A stretch of DNA of 64,000 bases from Macrostomum lignano (Eukaryota): NCBI GenBank assembly GCA_002269645.1, contig NIVC01002748.1, positions 16,418 to 80,417 on the forward strand, given 5' to 3'. Below are positions 46,510 to 60,579 of this stretch, in pieces. Numbering within the stretch: the stretch's first letter is position 1; every line of letters starts with the position of its first letter. The notes under the pieces were generated by a model, which saw nothing but the letters and a program-made list of their open reading frames with translations, ran no database searches and was not told the DNA's origin. Made by a program: the position numbers and the translations under genes.

Positions 46510-46950
46510 CTAGCACCTGTAATTATATAGACCGTACCCCTAATTACCTGAGCCGCACCTCTAATTATCAGAGCCGCATCTGTAATTATCAGAGCCACAC
46601 CTGTAACTACCTGAGCCGCACCTGTAATTATCTGAGCCACACCTGTAACTACCTGAGCCGCACCTGTAATTATCTGAGCCACACCTGTAATTATCTAACA
46701 CACATCTGTAATTGCCTGAGCCGCACCTGTAATTATCTGAGCCGCATCTGTAGTTATCTGAGCCACATCTGTAATTATCAGAGCCGCATCTGTACTTATC
46801 TGAGCCACACCTGGAATTATCTTAGCCATACCTGTAATTACCTGAGCCGCATCTGTAATTATCTGAGCCACACCTGTAATTATCTGAGCCACACTTGTAA
46901 TTATCTGAGTCGCAAATATAATTATCTAAGCCGCACCTGCAATTGCATTA
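46510..46950. repeat. 21-bp degenerate minisatellite
   Basis: CACCTGTAATTATCTGAGCCG. Confidence 0.88.
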
Positions 46951-47408
46951 ACTTCTGTGATTAACTTGAGCACAGACACTATTAAACATCCGACCACGAG
47001 AGAAGACAAATTATTAATAATTAAAGAACCACTGTTTTATTCAAATAATTTCACTATTTAAAACAAATAATCTGCATACACTTTTAATACGAAAACTAAT
47101 CAGTACTACTATAAATAGATCTGTTGCGTGCAAGAAACCAATTAAATTTTATTCTGATTTGAGAAAAGTAATGAGTGGCTAACCAACTCTCATATGCAGC
47201 CAGCTGTCTGGCTCACCATGACGGTGCAAATTGCAATGCGAAAATGTGCTACTGATATTAAAGCAGTAAGTAGCAAGCATTATGTATTAAAGTCATAAAA
47301 ATAGGATACAAACAAAACGCCAGAAAAATGCAAACAACGCGTTGCACAGAAAAAAACACAAACACCAGCTCGTGAGGAAACATTGGGAAATAAGTAAAGC
47401 TGAGGTCA

Positions 47409-50400
47409 TCAAGAAGAGGAGAATTTGCACTTTTTGAGATCCTCCGTCAGCTTGTAGAACATCAGCTCCATGCAGGCTTGAGCGTCCTCGCTGGAATCGT
47501 GGCCAGCATCTGCAGCGCAATGATAAGGTCAGTTGCATTGTAACGGCTTTTTTGCACACAGTTAATCTAGCAACTAAGATTTACCTTGGTTACAGCTATT
47601 TTAACAAGTAGGATTTCCCTTGGATACGGCCATTCTAGCTACAGGGATTTTTCTTGGATACAGTCATCCTAGCAACTGGGATTTTCCTAGGATACAGTCA
47701 TTCTAGCTGCTGGGATTTCCCTTGACTCATTTTAGCAACAGGGATTTCCCATGGATACATCATTCTAGCAACTGGGATTTCCCATGGATACAGTCATCCT
47801 AGCAACTGGGATTTTCCTAGGATACAGTCATTCTAGCTGCTGGGATTTCCCATGGATACAGTCATCCTAGCAACTGGGATTTCCTATGGATACGGTCATC
47901 CTAGCAACTGGGATTTCCCTAGGATACAGTCATTCTAGCTGCTGGGATTTCCCTTGACTCATTTTAGCAACTGGGATTTCCCTAGGATACAGACATTTTA
48001 GCAACTGGGATTTCCCTAGGATACATCATTCTAGCAACTGGGATTTCCCTAAGATACAGACATTTTAGCAACTGGGATTTCCCTAGGATACAGACATTTT
48101 AGCAACTTGGATTTCCCTAGGATACAGTCAATTTGGCAACAGGGATATTTCCCATGGATACATCATTCTAGCAACTGGGATTTCCCATGGATACAGTCAT
48201 CTTAGCAACTGGGATTTTCCTAGGATGCAGTCATTCTAGCTGCTGGGATTTCCCTTGACTCATTTTAGCAACAGGGATTTCCCATGGATACATCATTCTA
48301 GCAACTGGGATTTCTCATGGATACATCATTCTAGCAACTGGGATATCCCATGGATACAGTCATCCTAGCAACTGGGATTTCCTATGGATACATCATTCTA
48401 GCAACTGGGATATCCCATGGATACAGTCATCCTAGCAACTGGGATTTCCTATGGATACATCATTCTAGCAACTGGGATTTCCCATGGATACAGTCATTCT
48501 AGCTGCTGGGATTTCCCTTGACTCATTTTAGCAACAGGGATTTCCCATGGATACATCATTCTAGCAACTGGGATTTCCCATGGATACATCATTCTAGCAA
48601 CTGGGATTTCCCATGGATACAGTCATCCTAGCAACTGGGATTTTCCTAGGATGCAGTCATTCTAGCTGCTGGGATTTCCCTTGACTCATTTTAGCAACAG
48701 GGATTTCCCATGGATACATCATTCTAGCAACTGGGATTTCTCATGGATACATCATTCTAGCAACTGGGATATCCCATGGATACAGTCATCCTAGCAACTG
48801 GGATTTCCTATGGATACATCATTCTAGCAACTGGGATATCCCATGGATACAGTCATCCTAGCAACTGGGATTTCCTATGGATACATCATTCTAGCAACTG
48901 GGATTTCCCATGGATACAGTCATTCTAGCTGCTGGGATTTCCCTTGACTCATTTTAGCAACTGGGATTTCCCTAGGATACAGACATTTTAGCAACTGGGA
49001 TTTCCCTAGGATACATCATTCTAGCAACTGGGATTTCCCTAAGATACAGACATTTTAGCAACTGGGATTTCCCTAGGATACAGACATTTTAGCAACTTGG
49101 ATTTCCCTAGGATACAGACATTTTAGCAACGGGGATTTCCCATGAATACGGCTATTCTAATAACCCAACGAGAGTATTAAACATACAATATTTAGACTAT
49201 AGAATACTGAAACCCTCGCCCAACTCACCGCCGCCAGTCTGAATAATCTTATTAAGAATCTCGCTAGCCAGATTGCGCAATGCTCGCTTCTTGGGCAGGC
49301 CCTGCCGATGCGGAAACACGATGCTAGTATCCACAACAGTGCCGTGACGCAGCTTCAACACTTGGAGATCGCTTTCCAGACTGTGCCCAATGAGTATGCT
49401 AGTGGAATAGATCAGTTTCAGCAGTTCGTCTTGCACATCGGCTAGCCGGTGCTGGGCGCTGATCAGCTGCTCGGCTCGCAGCCCGGAGAAGCGAGTATTG
49501 CAGTCAACTATCGGAGCCGACGGGTGCACCAGGCGGTCGTAAACGACTGACAAACTGCGATCTATCACCGTGACTCGGGCCAGCTCTTTGCCGGCGTCTG
49601 TGTAGATCATCTCGCAGTCTAGGGCGTACACCCCGCGGCGTAGCTTCTTGGACACGGTCTGCGGTTTCATTGAGATTGACTAGGGATAATTACAAATTGA
49701 TCTGCTGCTCTTCTAACTTGAATCTGATGGGTGCCAATTTTCAATGTGATAGATGTCATTTTGAACCTGACAGGTGTCATTTTGCGTCTTATGGGTGCCA
49801 TTTTGATTATGGGTGCCACTTTGAATCCTATGGGTGCCATTTTGAAGCTTACGGATGCCATTCTGAATCCGATGGGTGCCATTTTGAAGCTTACGGATGC
49901 CATTCTGAATCCGATGGGTGCCATTTTGAATCTTATTGGTGCCATTTTGAATCCGATGGGTCCCTCTTTTGAATCTTTTTATAGGTGCCATTTCGAATGT
50001 TATGGGTGCCATATCGAATCTTATTGGTGCCATTTTGAATCCTATGGGTGCCATTTTGAATGTTATGGATGCCATTTTGAATGTTATGGGTGCCATTTTG
50101 AATCTTAATGGTGCCATTTTGAATCTTATTGGTGCCATTTTGAATGTTATGGGTGCCATTTTGAATCTGATCGGTGCCACTCGGTGCCGCGGTATCAAAA
50201 GGGATGCACAACCCCCCAGACGCTCACAGCTTTATCTGGCGCAACTGTGTCCCTGTAGCCCTCGGTATCGCAGTACACATTGTACTCGTGCACGTGCCGT
50301 TCGCCTAGCGAGCAACCTTTGGTTTGCAGGTCGCCACCGCAGCAGCTGTAGATCTGCTGTACACCGGCCCCCGGTACTCGCCGACTGTAGGCCCGGCCAT

Positions 50401-53400
50401 AGTGATAGCAGCACTGGCCTGGCGGGGTGGTCAAGTCGGGCTGCTGCAGCAGGAAGGCGGCGCCGCAGCGAACGCACAGCCGCTCCAACGGATTAGCCGG
50501 GGGCGCATAGGGCAGCGGCGGCAGATGCGGCGGATAGCGATTCTCGGCTAGCTGAGCAGGGGTCATCGCGTACTTTAATAAGTGCTTATAAAACCGCTTA
50601 TCGGATAGTTGACCAGCTTCTTCCGGTTGTTGCGGCCTCTTCTGCTGTTGCTGATTGGCGGAATTGCCAGCCGAGGCTCGAACCCGCTTAATAGCCAATA
50701 TGACCGCGTTTAAATACACGTTGCGGTTGGCGCTGCGCTCGTAGCATTCCAGTTCAAGCTGCTGGGCCCGCCGGCTGGCAGCTGAGCCGGGGTCCGGACC
50801 AGCCGAGGTGGCAGCGAGGCGGCACTCCTCGGCCAGACGATCCAGATAGCGCTGGCGAACCACATCCGGGATCTTGTTGGCAACGGTGCCAGGCAACGGG
50901 CTGGCAGGGACCGCTACGACTGGAGCTGAACCGGCAGCGGCTGTGGCAGCGACGGACGGGGCGCGAACTTTGCCTTGGCTGAGCAGGGCTGCAGGATTGG
51001 CAGCGACCTGTTGGGCCCGTCTGGCCACTTGCTCGGATGGCGTCAGTCTGCGGACGGCTGAGCCGGCTGGCGGAATGGGGCAAAACAATTTATGACTGCT
51101 AGCTTAATATTTGAGTCTTGCCCATAGACTATAAGCTCATCTTAGTCTTGCCCATAGACTATATGCTCATCTGAGTCTGCCCATAGACTATATACACATC
51201 TGAGTCTGGCCATAGACTATATGCTCATCTGAGTCTGCCCAAAGACTATATACACATCTGAGTCTGGCCATAGACTATAGGCTCATCTGAGTCTGGCTTT
51301 AGAGCATAAATACCGGTACTATGGTGATAGACTGATACTTATAAAATATAATTACATAATAGACTATAATCTGTATCTATAATCTGTATGGACAACATAT
51401 CTAGCCACAGAACAACACACGAACCTTTTCCAGACTGCAAAGATGACGCTGCAGTAGAAGACGCCGTAGCGGCAGGAGCAGAGCCGGTAACAGACTGCAC
51501 CGGCGGAGCTGCGATTGAAACAGACGCCGACTCTGATGAAGAACTCGGCGGCTCTTCGCCGAACAGATCGAGAAAAACTCGTTTGATCTCGCCGCCTTCT
51601 CCTCCTTTGGCAACATCATTGACCTTCTGTTGAGGCTCATCAACAGTCGCTGACGCCGATGCAACTGTCGGTACCGCAGTCGGGCAGTACTCGTCATCGT
51701 TACAGTCGTCCTCATTGTCTTCAGCTTCGTTCTCGCCATAGCAACCGCCTATTGGCGTTGGCTCGTAGCTCGGCTCGACAGTTGTCGGCGAAGCGGACGA
51801 GTCATATCGAATCCGTTTGGCCTCCGAGGAGTCGTCGACAGCCGGCTGTCGCTCCTCAGCCGGACTGTAGTCTTCGCCGGTAGACGATACTGTCGCCGAG
51901 GTTCGATTGGTGTCGGCGCCGACTTTGGGCGCCGGTAGTTGCAGAGGTCGCCGACGGACACTGGCTTTGGCAGCAGTGGCATCTGTCGATTTAGACGAGG
52001 ACGCCGGAGGCTGCTGCTGCTGCTGCACAGTCAGGGGAGTCGGCTCGTACGACGGCTGCTGCAACTGCGGGGCAGCTGGCGGAGCCTTGGCCCGACGCAG
52101 CACGCTCAGCGGTGTGGGCGTGTACTCGTCGCCCCCGACTGCTGACACTCCTTCAGTTCCGGTTTCGCCGCTGCAGCCGCCACCACCGCCACCGTCAGAG
52201 GATTCTGATTTAGATAAGGATTGACGCGACCGGTTGGACAACTGTCTGACTGGAGGCGCCGGGGGCTCCGCTGGTCGGGTCTGCAAATGATATGGTCAGC
52301 CAGCATTGCCTTGGAGTGATAGGCTAGCTTGAAATAATCACCGACATTCAAGCACATTCCCTGACATACTAACACATTCCCTAACATCTTAACACATTAC
52401 CTAACATCCTAGCACGTTCCCTGACATCCTAGCACATTCCCTGACATTCAAGCGCATTCCCAGACATCCTAGCACGTTCCCTGACATCCTGGCACGTTCC
52501 CTGACATCCTAGCACGTTCCCTGACATCCTAGCACGTTCCCAGACATCCTAGCACGTTCCCTGACATCCTAGCACGTTCCCTGACATCCTAGCACGTTCC
52601 CTGACATCCTAGCACGTTCCCTGACATCCTAGCACATTCCCTGACATCCTAACACACTGTCTAACATCCTAGCACATACCCTGACATCCAAGCACATTCC
52701 CTGACATCCTAACACACTCTGACATCCTAACACACTCTGACATCCTAGCAATACCCTGACACCCTAGCACATCTCTTGACACCCTAGCACATTCCCTGAC
52801 ATCCTAGCACATCTCTTGACACCCTAGCACATTCCCTGACATCCTAGCGTATCTCCTGACATCCTAGCACATTTTCTGACATCCTAGCACTCTACTTAAC
52901 ATCCTAGCACATTCCCTGATATTCTAACCCATTTCCTGACACCCAAACACATTCCCTGACATCCTAGCACATTCCTAACATCCTAGCACATTTTCTAACA
53001 TCCTAGCAAACTCCCTAACATCCCAGCACATCCCTTGATTTCCTAGCACATTTTCTGATATCCTAACACATATTGACATCCTAACACTTAACAAATAAAA
53101 CCTTAGGCTATTATAATATCAATAGAATAAAATTTAATACACCTGAACTTACAGATTTTGATAACTGTTGAACTGGTCTAACAGGTGCTGGTCTGTCTAA
53201 AAAGAAAAATTTTATTTTGGTAAAAGTAATTTTAGCAATATACAGAAATAAAATATATTTTATATACGATTATAAAACAAATTCATTTATTTATACAATG
53301 TTCTCTATATATAACATATATATTTATTTAAAGCATAAACAAGTTATTGAACTACAGGCATAGTTTTTATCAATCATTGCTTCAAATTATAATAAAAGCA

Positions 53401-54421
53401 ATTGGACTAATCTAATAGGTCTATAGTATTATTAAAAAAAATATATGATACTATTTAATAAAACTAATAATATTATAGGCCTACATAGCAAAAATACGAT
53501 TTTTATAACCAATTACTAAATATACTTTTTGCAATTAAATTTGTCCAAACTAAGAATACTGGCCTTAGTCTTAGACTAAATTAGTGGCATATCTAGGATT
53601 TTGAAATTGGGAGGGAAGATAACTAAAACAGTGAAAGGGACAAAGTTGCAATTAAATAAAAAAAGTTTTTTACATTTTTTGCCTTCTATTAAAAGAGTTA
53701 TTAAAAGAGTACCAATACTAGATTGTTAATTGTGTCTAATTGTCTAATTGATGTTAGGTGTCAGCTATATACAATTAGACTAAAAAAACTTTAATTTGCT
53801 CAAATAAAAAAATTAAATATTTATTTTGATGACTGCATATCTATCTTCTTTGCTGCAAATTTTTCCTAGTGTGATGGGCCTAGGGCATACTTATTAATTA
53901 AAGAGAATTAAATTCATAGCAAGATTTAAAAAATCTAGGCCTAATATTAATAAACATTTTGTTGTAAAAATACTAAAATTAAATGCTTAAAAATGAAAAA
54001 CAAGGCCAATATTTATAAATATAACATACCAATGATGAATGTGCTTGTTCAATTTCATGCAGGGGCCATTATTATAGAGCAACTGTTTAATTATATAATA
54101 TTACTGTAAAATTAACATTTCTAATACTGGGGGACTGGGTCAAAGATAAATAAATTAATTTGAAGGCCTTGTAGACTCTGACTCCCCCCTAGTCTCTAAA
54201 TTGATTATAAATTTATTAAGCAGTAATAAATTATAACGGCCCTAAGGCCTAAGCAAAGAGTCAGGAAGCAACCAATCATCTAGATAGCTAACAGTTATAA
54301 ATATTACTACTAGCTTACCTTCTTGTTTCATGTGACGAAAGTGGCAGTATGGGCGCTCACAGAGGCCAGAGAGATAATAAGGGCAATTGTGCGATCGAAA
54401 AAATCCAGAGGTAGGGAACAT
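47409..54421 (-). CDS. REXO1: RNA exonuclease 1 homolog (DEDDh 3'-5' exonuclease), 790 aa
   Basis: Exons (minus) 54421-54319, 53196-53153, 52280-51425, 51066-50228, 49658-49229, 47509-47409; 2373 nt in frame. N-terminal MFPTSGFF...CPY....C.RPYCHFRH. Central KIPDVVRQRYLDRLAEEC..YLN region, then CYHYGR and YSCCGG. Exo I YALDCEM, Exo II IGHSLESDL, Exo III GHDSSEDA. Confidence 0.95.
47620..49150. repeat. 34-bp minisatellite (last REXO1 intron)
   Basis: CTAGCAACTGGGATTTCCCATGGATACAGTCATC; a 426-bp block is duplicated (marks 48221/48647 and 48312/48738). Confidence 0.94.
49725..50180. repeat. 21-bp minisatellite (REXO1 intron)
   Basis: GGGTGCCATTTTGAATCTTAT. Confidence 0.92.
51115..51300. repeat. 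28-29-bp minisatellite (REXO1 intron)
   Basis: GCCCATAGACTATATGCTCATCTGAGTCT, about 6 copies. Confidence 0.9.
52345..53085. repeat. 20-bp minisatellite (REXO1 intron)
   Basis: CTGACATCCTAGCACGTTCC, decaying toward 53085. Confidence 0.92.
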
Positions 54422-55229
54422 TTTGATTTTCCTTTTAGAAACTTTGTGCTTAAGACAGCGAAAAATATAAAAGATCTACTCGAGCTCAACCAAACGACCA
54501 CACTGTAATTACGGGTAAGTGTAACTTTCTTTTTCACCTGAAAGGAGTGAAAGATACTTACTTCTTTGTACGATGACCACGAGCGTTCAATTGTAGAAGC
54601 TAAAATGTAATTTAAAACATTTCTAAGAAGCTGTTTGACGCGCTCGTCGTTATGTGTAGCTTATAGTCGTTTTTGTAGACCGTAGGAAGCTGTGAAAGTA
54701 AAATAAAAGTATGCATACCGCTAATTGCATAACCGCTGACATAACTCTTTTTTTAAAATTTTCGCTGAATTTTGATGCCTTCATAATTATTCTTGCCTCC
54801 TAATGGCTTGGGTCTATAATCGTGCAATGAATTTCTCTCGTCGTTCGACTCTTTGGATTGTTCATTGTTGGTTGTCGTTATCATCGCATGCTTGCATCAA
54901 TTGTATGCAAAATGACCACTAGTAATCATCGTTGCTTATTGTGATCCTATTTTAATGTTCTGGTTCAGAGAATGAAAGAAGATAAATATTTCGACTAGAT
55001 CCATTTTTGTAGAATTTGTATATGAATGCAATTTTCCCCGAATAGGAATTTATCCTACATATGAGTTCAGCTAGCCTTCTTAGGCCTTTCATCGAAATAT
55101 TTTCGAGTATAGAAATCCTGTATGGGCTCCCCATGCCAGCTGATAAGTATTTTGCCGAGAAATTTTGCTGATGCGGTAGCGAGACTCGCTCACTCCACGT
55201 CTTTTGCAGCATTTTATATCTGTCAATGG

Positions 55230-55280
<51 letters not shown>

Positions 55281-55292
55281 CAGAGAGAGAGA
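55230..55292. repeat. (GA)n microsatellite
   Basis: Dinucleotide run with short interruptions. Confidence 0.9.
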
Positions 55293-55957
55293 GAATTAAG
55301 TCTAGTGTCAAAACGCACAAACTCTCACCTCCAGACCGCAAGTCTAAGTTCTCCTGAGGCTGCTCCGAGTATGGGATTTCAGCTCGGATTTATACAAAAT
55401 TTGAGTCAAAATTGGCTTCCAATTCCTTCCAAACCAGTTTGAAACCGCGATGACCAGAAGGGCGGGTAGTCGCTATCAAATTGGTTTGCAGTGGTCGATT
55501 TGTTATAACCAGCGTCGAGTTTCCTGATTGGACGAGACCGGGATGACTAGCTAATTGACTCTGATTGGCGGAGCTCAAAACCATAAAAACACTTTTTACA
55601 GAGCAGCCTCTCACACCCTTTTCGAGACTTTTAAGGCCGAAATTAAAGACAGCAAGACGATCACAAATGATCACTTTCTCAGACTCTTTGTCGTCAAAAT
55701 ATGTTGACCTCTGAATGCAAGAAAATCTGAGAAAAGTAGATCTCAAAAGGTTAAGCAGAGTTCGAGAATATCGAAAAAACAAGGCCCGGATTAAATATAA
55801 ACGAAAAATCCCAAACTAACCTACTAAGAGTAAAAGAGAAGGAGGCGGGAACTCTGGGTGCGATTCTAGGGTTGAAATAATGCGCCCTTCATCAATACGA
55901 AAAAATAGAAGTCGAAAGTGAGCGATTTACTTGTAATACTTCGTAATAATAATTGTA

Positions 55958-56569
55958 CGAGGGGTGTCCGGAAAGTTCCTTACACTTTTAATCGCAGGGC
56001 AAAAACAGTAGCAGCTGCAAGCACCACTTTGGTGTCATTTTAAAGCGGTGCATCTCTTCTTTCCAATGAATTCAGTCGCGCGTATTTTGGCCATTTCATT
56101 AAAAAGTTATGCGTGAAAAACCATTGCAATGCCACTGATAGTCTTACAGTAAAAGGTGGAGTACATAACTTAGTTTTTTATGGACAATTGTTTGCAGCAC
56201 ACAAGTATACTAGCATACAAAACGGCTTTGATGTACAGTGCATCCTTCTCTTACCGTCCACCCCTTCTGTGTTGAGTGTTTTATACACTCCGTCACTTGT
56301 AAGCAAATCTCACTGTTTGAGTGTTTCGAGTGTGCAGTCGAAAGAAGGCCGAAAGGCACGGCCTTTTTCGTGTTCGTGAAAGGCAAGTGTGTTGCTACAG
56401 GTGGATACTATGTTGAGAAAGCGGTCTTGAAGGTTGATGATGGTGATGAATGACTACAATTTGTTTCTTTGTAGGACTATCAGTGGCATTGCGATGTTTT
56501 TTTCACGCACAACTTTTGAATGAAATGACCAAAATGCAAGCGACTGAATTCATTGGAAAGAAGAGATGC
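55958..56569. mobile_element. Tc1/mariner-type non-autonomous (MITE/fold-back) element
   Basis: TA|CGAGGGGTGTCCGGAAAGTTCC at 55956-55979 is a mariner-like terminus. A ~99-bp imperfect inverted repeat pairs 56050-56148 with 56470-56569. The outer ~90 bp of the right arm is not seen. Confidence 0.7.
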
Positions 56570-58084
56570 GTTGAGTAAACTCTCGACCAATCGATATTGT
56601 ATATCGATTATATTTGCATCGCGTCAGAGCTAATTAGTATTAGAACAACTGTCAACAAACTATAATGCCTGAAAAGGATTGAAAAATGACCCAACCGGCA
56701 ACAACTCAAGTTCGGACAGTCTACACCGGGTTCCATGAGAGTCCTTTGTATACGGATTTTAAATAGTTAAAATAAATAATATTGTATAAGGGCAGAATAC
56801 TGAAGAATTATTAAGAATTTCAAACTGTATTAACAGTTAAAATATAGATTTTTTAATTTTACTACCCAGTGGGAAGACTATTGACTCTTGGCTCAGCCAC
56901 GGGTAGGACGTTCCGAGCATCGCATCCGCTGAGGGTCGACTGGCCCAGAAGTTGCATCGGCAGCAATGCACAGCCAACAGAACACACTGAAGTCACGGAG
57001 CCGACTGGCTTTCGTGTTTTGCATTTCGGAATCTGCTCGGGGTGCCGAATAATTTAGTTTGGAACAGAACAACATGCCGGTTGGCACTTCCGCTTCACTT
57101 GCTCACTGGGGAGGGGGATTTTTAATAATAATTGACACTATACTCAGTCGCTTAAGGTGGCCTCCAAGGAATGCAGCTGCAGCTCCGCCGGCTTCCAATT
57201 TCGGAGGCAGGAACCCGTTGGAGTTGTTCAGAAGCAGGTGTGAAGAACAGGATGAGACCAGTTGGGAGTGCTGGGGCTCAGGAAGCAGCCGGCTTGCTGA
57301 CAGCAACGAATATGAACGGGTGGCCGAACAATATTGCTTTTTTTCTTTCTTCTCTTCCAACGCCCCAGTCTGCTTCTCGAACTCGAGGAAAACAGGAAGG
57401 GAGGGAGGGGCGTGGAGGGCAGTGAGCAGGGGATTTGAGCTGCAACCGAACGGTGCATGACTTCAATAAATAAAGACATACTCCAGGCTCCGAAAAAGGA
57501 AAGTAACAACGACAAAAAACACACACCAGGTCTTATTTATCCATCCTGTTCTGCCGGCCGGCCGTGATTAAAGGGTCGCGGCTGATTTAGGAGGCGGCCC
57601 TCACCTGAGCCCGAGAGAGCTAGTGTTTATGAAAGCCGAGCAGCATGGGGAGGGTCAGAACCCCCGCTGAGAGTCAAGGGGCTTGGCGCAGTTGCAGTGG
57701 TAGAATCCCAGGAATGCCCTTACCGACTGACTCCCATCACCCGGTTTCCTGTTTGGGCGCAATCGCAGGAATCTCACGCGCCCTCCCAAAACCTGGCGGG
57801 GAGTCGCAGACTGACAGACACGGATCGGCCAGGTTGCGAAACAAAAGTCGCTCACTTTCACCGCTTAATCCGCATTTTCACTTTTTTCTGCTTTCATCTT
57901 CGCTTGAAAGCCTCTCTCATTTCAGTGCGTGACTGTCTGAATGCAAAGAAACTCACAAGCTGACGCTTCCGACTCGGCCAATCTATCCTGAGCTCGCTTT
58001 ATACTGTGCTAATCTCAAGTCAAGCGTCTTCGAATTCAATCAACACAATTTGGAAGAAATAAGACAACAAAAAGATAGCAGTTA

Positions 58085-59172
58085 TTGAGGAACTAAGGAA
58101 TTGAGGAACTGAGGAACTGAGGAACTGAGGAACGGAGGAACTGAGGAATTGAGGAACTGAAGAATTAAGGAACTGAGGAACTGAGGAACTGTTGAATTGA
58201 GTAACTGAGGAATTGAGGAACTGAGGAACTGTTGAATTGAGTAACTGTTGAATTGAGGAACTGAGTAACTGAGGAATTGAGGAATTGAGGAACTGAGGAA
58301 TTGAGGAACTGAGGAACTGAGGAACTGAGGAACTGAGGAATTGAGGAACTGAGGAATTGAGGAACTGAGGAATTGAGGAACTGAGGAATTGAGGAACTGA
58401 GAAACTGAGGAATTGAGGAATTAAGGAACTGAGGAACTAAGGAATTGAGGAACAAAGGAACTGAGGAACGGAGGAATTGAGGAATTGAGGAACAAAGGAA
58501 TTGAGGAACAAAGGAATTGAGGAACTGAGGAACTGAGGAACTGAGGAACTGAGGAACTGAGGAACTGAGGAACTGAGGAACAAAGGAATTGAGGAACTGA
58601 GGAACTGAGGAACTGAGGAACTGAGGAACTGAGGAATTGAGGAACTGAGGAACGGAGGAACTGAGGAACTGAGGAACTGAGGAACTGAGGAACTGAGGAA
58701 CTGAGGAACTGAGGAACTGAGGAATTGAGGAACTGAGGAACTGAGGAACTGAGGAACTGAGGAACTGAGGAATTGAGGAACTGAGGAACTGAGGAACTGA
58801 GGAACGGAGGAACTGAGGAACTGAGGAACTGAGGAATTGAGGAACTGAGGAACTGAGGAACTGAGGAACTGAGGAACAAAGGAATTGAGGAACTGAGGAA
58901 CTGAGGAACTGAGGAACTGAGGAACTGAGGAATTGAGGAACTGAGGAACGGAGGAACTGAGGAACTGAGGAATTGAGGAACTGAGGAACTGAGGAATTGA
59001 GGAACTGAGGAACAAAGGAATTGAGGAACTGAGGAACTGAGGAACTGAGGAACTGAGGAACGGAGGAACTGAGGAACTGAGGAACTGAGGAACTGAGGAA
59101 CGGAGGAACTGAGGAACTGAGGAACTGAGGAATTGAGGAACTGAGGAATTGAGGAACAAAGGAATTGAGGAG
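58085..59172. repeat. 8-bp repeat (GAGGAACT/GAGGAATT)n
   Basis: About 135 copies. Confidence 0.95.
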
Positions 59173-60579
59173 TTTTAATAATCTACGTTGAAAGGATCAA
59201 AATTAATGAAAGAATGGAATTCCAGTTCTGAAAATTTTCTCACCGAATTCGAGCAATTGAAAAAAATAGTTTAAAGCTGTTTTTCAATTTCATTTTAGCT
59301 TAACAACAGACAGGACATCACCTGTGGAGTTTTCGTAACACGAAGGACGTAACCAAAATGATATCGAATATTTAATTAACTTTTTCTGGGCCGAAATCGA
59401 GAGTCATCAAAGCGATGCGCCTCCAGTCTAGAAATATTATGCAACTCAAAGTATAGATGTCTCAATTTGAGTTTATGAAATCCTCGAACAGGCTTTCGTT
59501 TTGACACAAAAAAGTATATTCCGAGTTTTAGTTATTACTTGAGTCTGGGCCCTCTATTATCATTATAGAATCGCTCCATCCACCGCGGGGGCGCACAAAG
59601 GGCTGCCGAGTTGCACACGTCATTTTAATATTCTCCTTATTAGAGTGGAGCACAGGCTCTGCTCTCCCGCAAGCAACAGGCGCTACGCAAGGCCTCGCGG
59701 GATTGAGGCCGAAGGGACTTGTCGGCCCCCGTGGGGTGCGAGAGGCGAAGCGCGAGTTTCGTAGAGATGGAGGGCAAGCGGGCGGATGAACAGGAAGGAA
59801 CTATAGGGAGAGATCCCCCCCCGGTGGGTGATGTCACACTGGCATTGTCCCCTGATTTCCCCCTCTGCTCTATTCTCTATTGAGTTCCTCCATTGACCGG
59901 GCACGGCTGGGCGGATAAATGCCCTTGGACCAAAGGGTTGGGCCGTCAAGAAACTGCTGATGATGGAGATGCCAAGCGGAAGCTGGAGTATAGCTGATGA
60001 GTTTTAGCACAGGAAGTGGACTGTCCCGCGCGATCTGCGTGAGCTCTTTGATCTTTCCTACCCTGAGCTTTCTAAGAACCAGTAACAATAATAATATATG
60101 AAAATTTAGTATTATATAACATATATCAGGCGATAATATCTATAACAGTTTTTTAATAAATGAATCAGTAACATGATCGCCAAATTAAGCTTTAAATACT
60201 ATTTATTATTAACTTTTGATAGTACGCACTCCTCCTAAATGAATAAACTGCTCATTGTCTGACAGAGAATACATGGATAGCATATTTATGTACAGTAGCA
60301 AGAACAACAATAGATGAGTGCCATATAGCAGAGTTTAAGGTTCATTCTAAACGCATTGTGTCATTCAGTCGAAGCTCATTGCACTATATATGTATCTATG
60401 GCATTATGGCATGGATAAAAGCGAAGCGACCACCTTGCTCAGCTAAGGGGGAAAGAGAGAAATATGCGCGACAGTTGGGAAGAAGGGCTTGATAGTAGTT
60501 GGCAAGTAACACTGATCAGGTGGGGGATTAGGTTGATAACATGGATATGATAGGATAAGGAGAGAGTGAGAGAATGAGA

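Noticed and set aside
56238-56453. ORF inside the inverted repeat as a transposase fragment
   Set aside because: It has no HTH or DD(34)D motif and is short with a non-ATG start.
57000-58000. Cluster of 60-130-aa ORFs
   Set aside because: No recognisable motifs, no consistent exon chain and mostly non-ATG starts.
59870-60088. Possible minus-strand exon (KLRVGKIKELTQIARDS..)
   Set aside because: An acceptor-like site is present, but there is no convincing donor, partner exon or homology.
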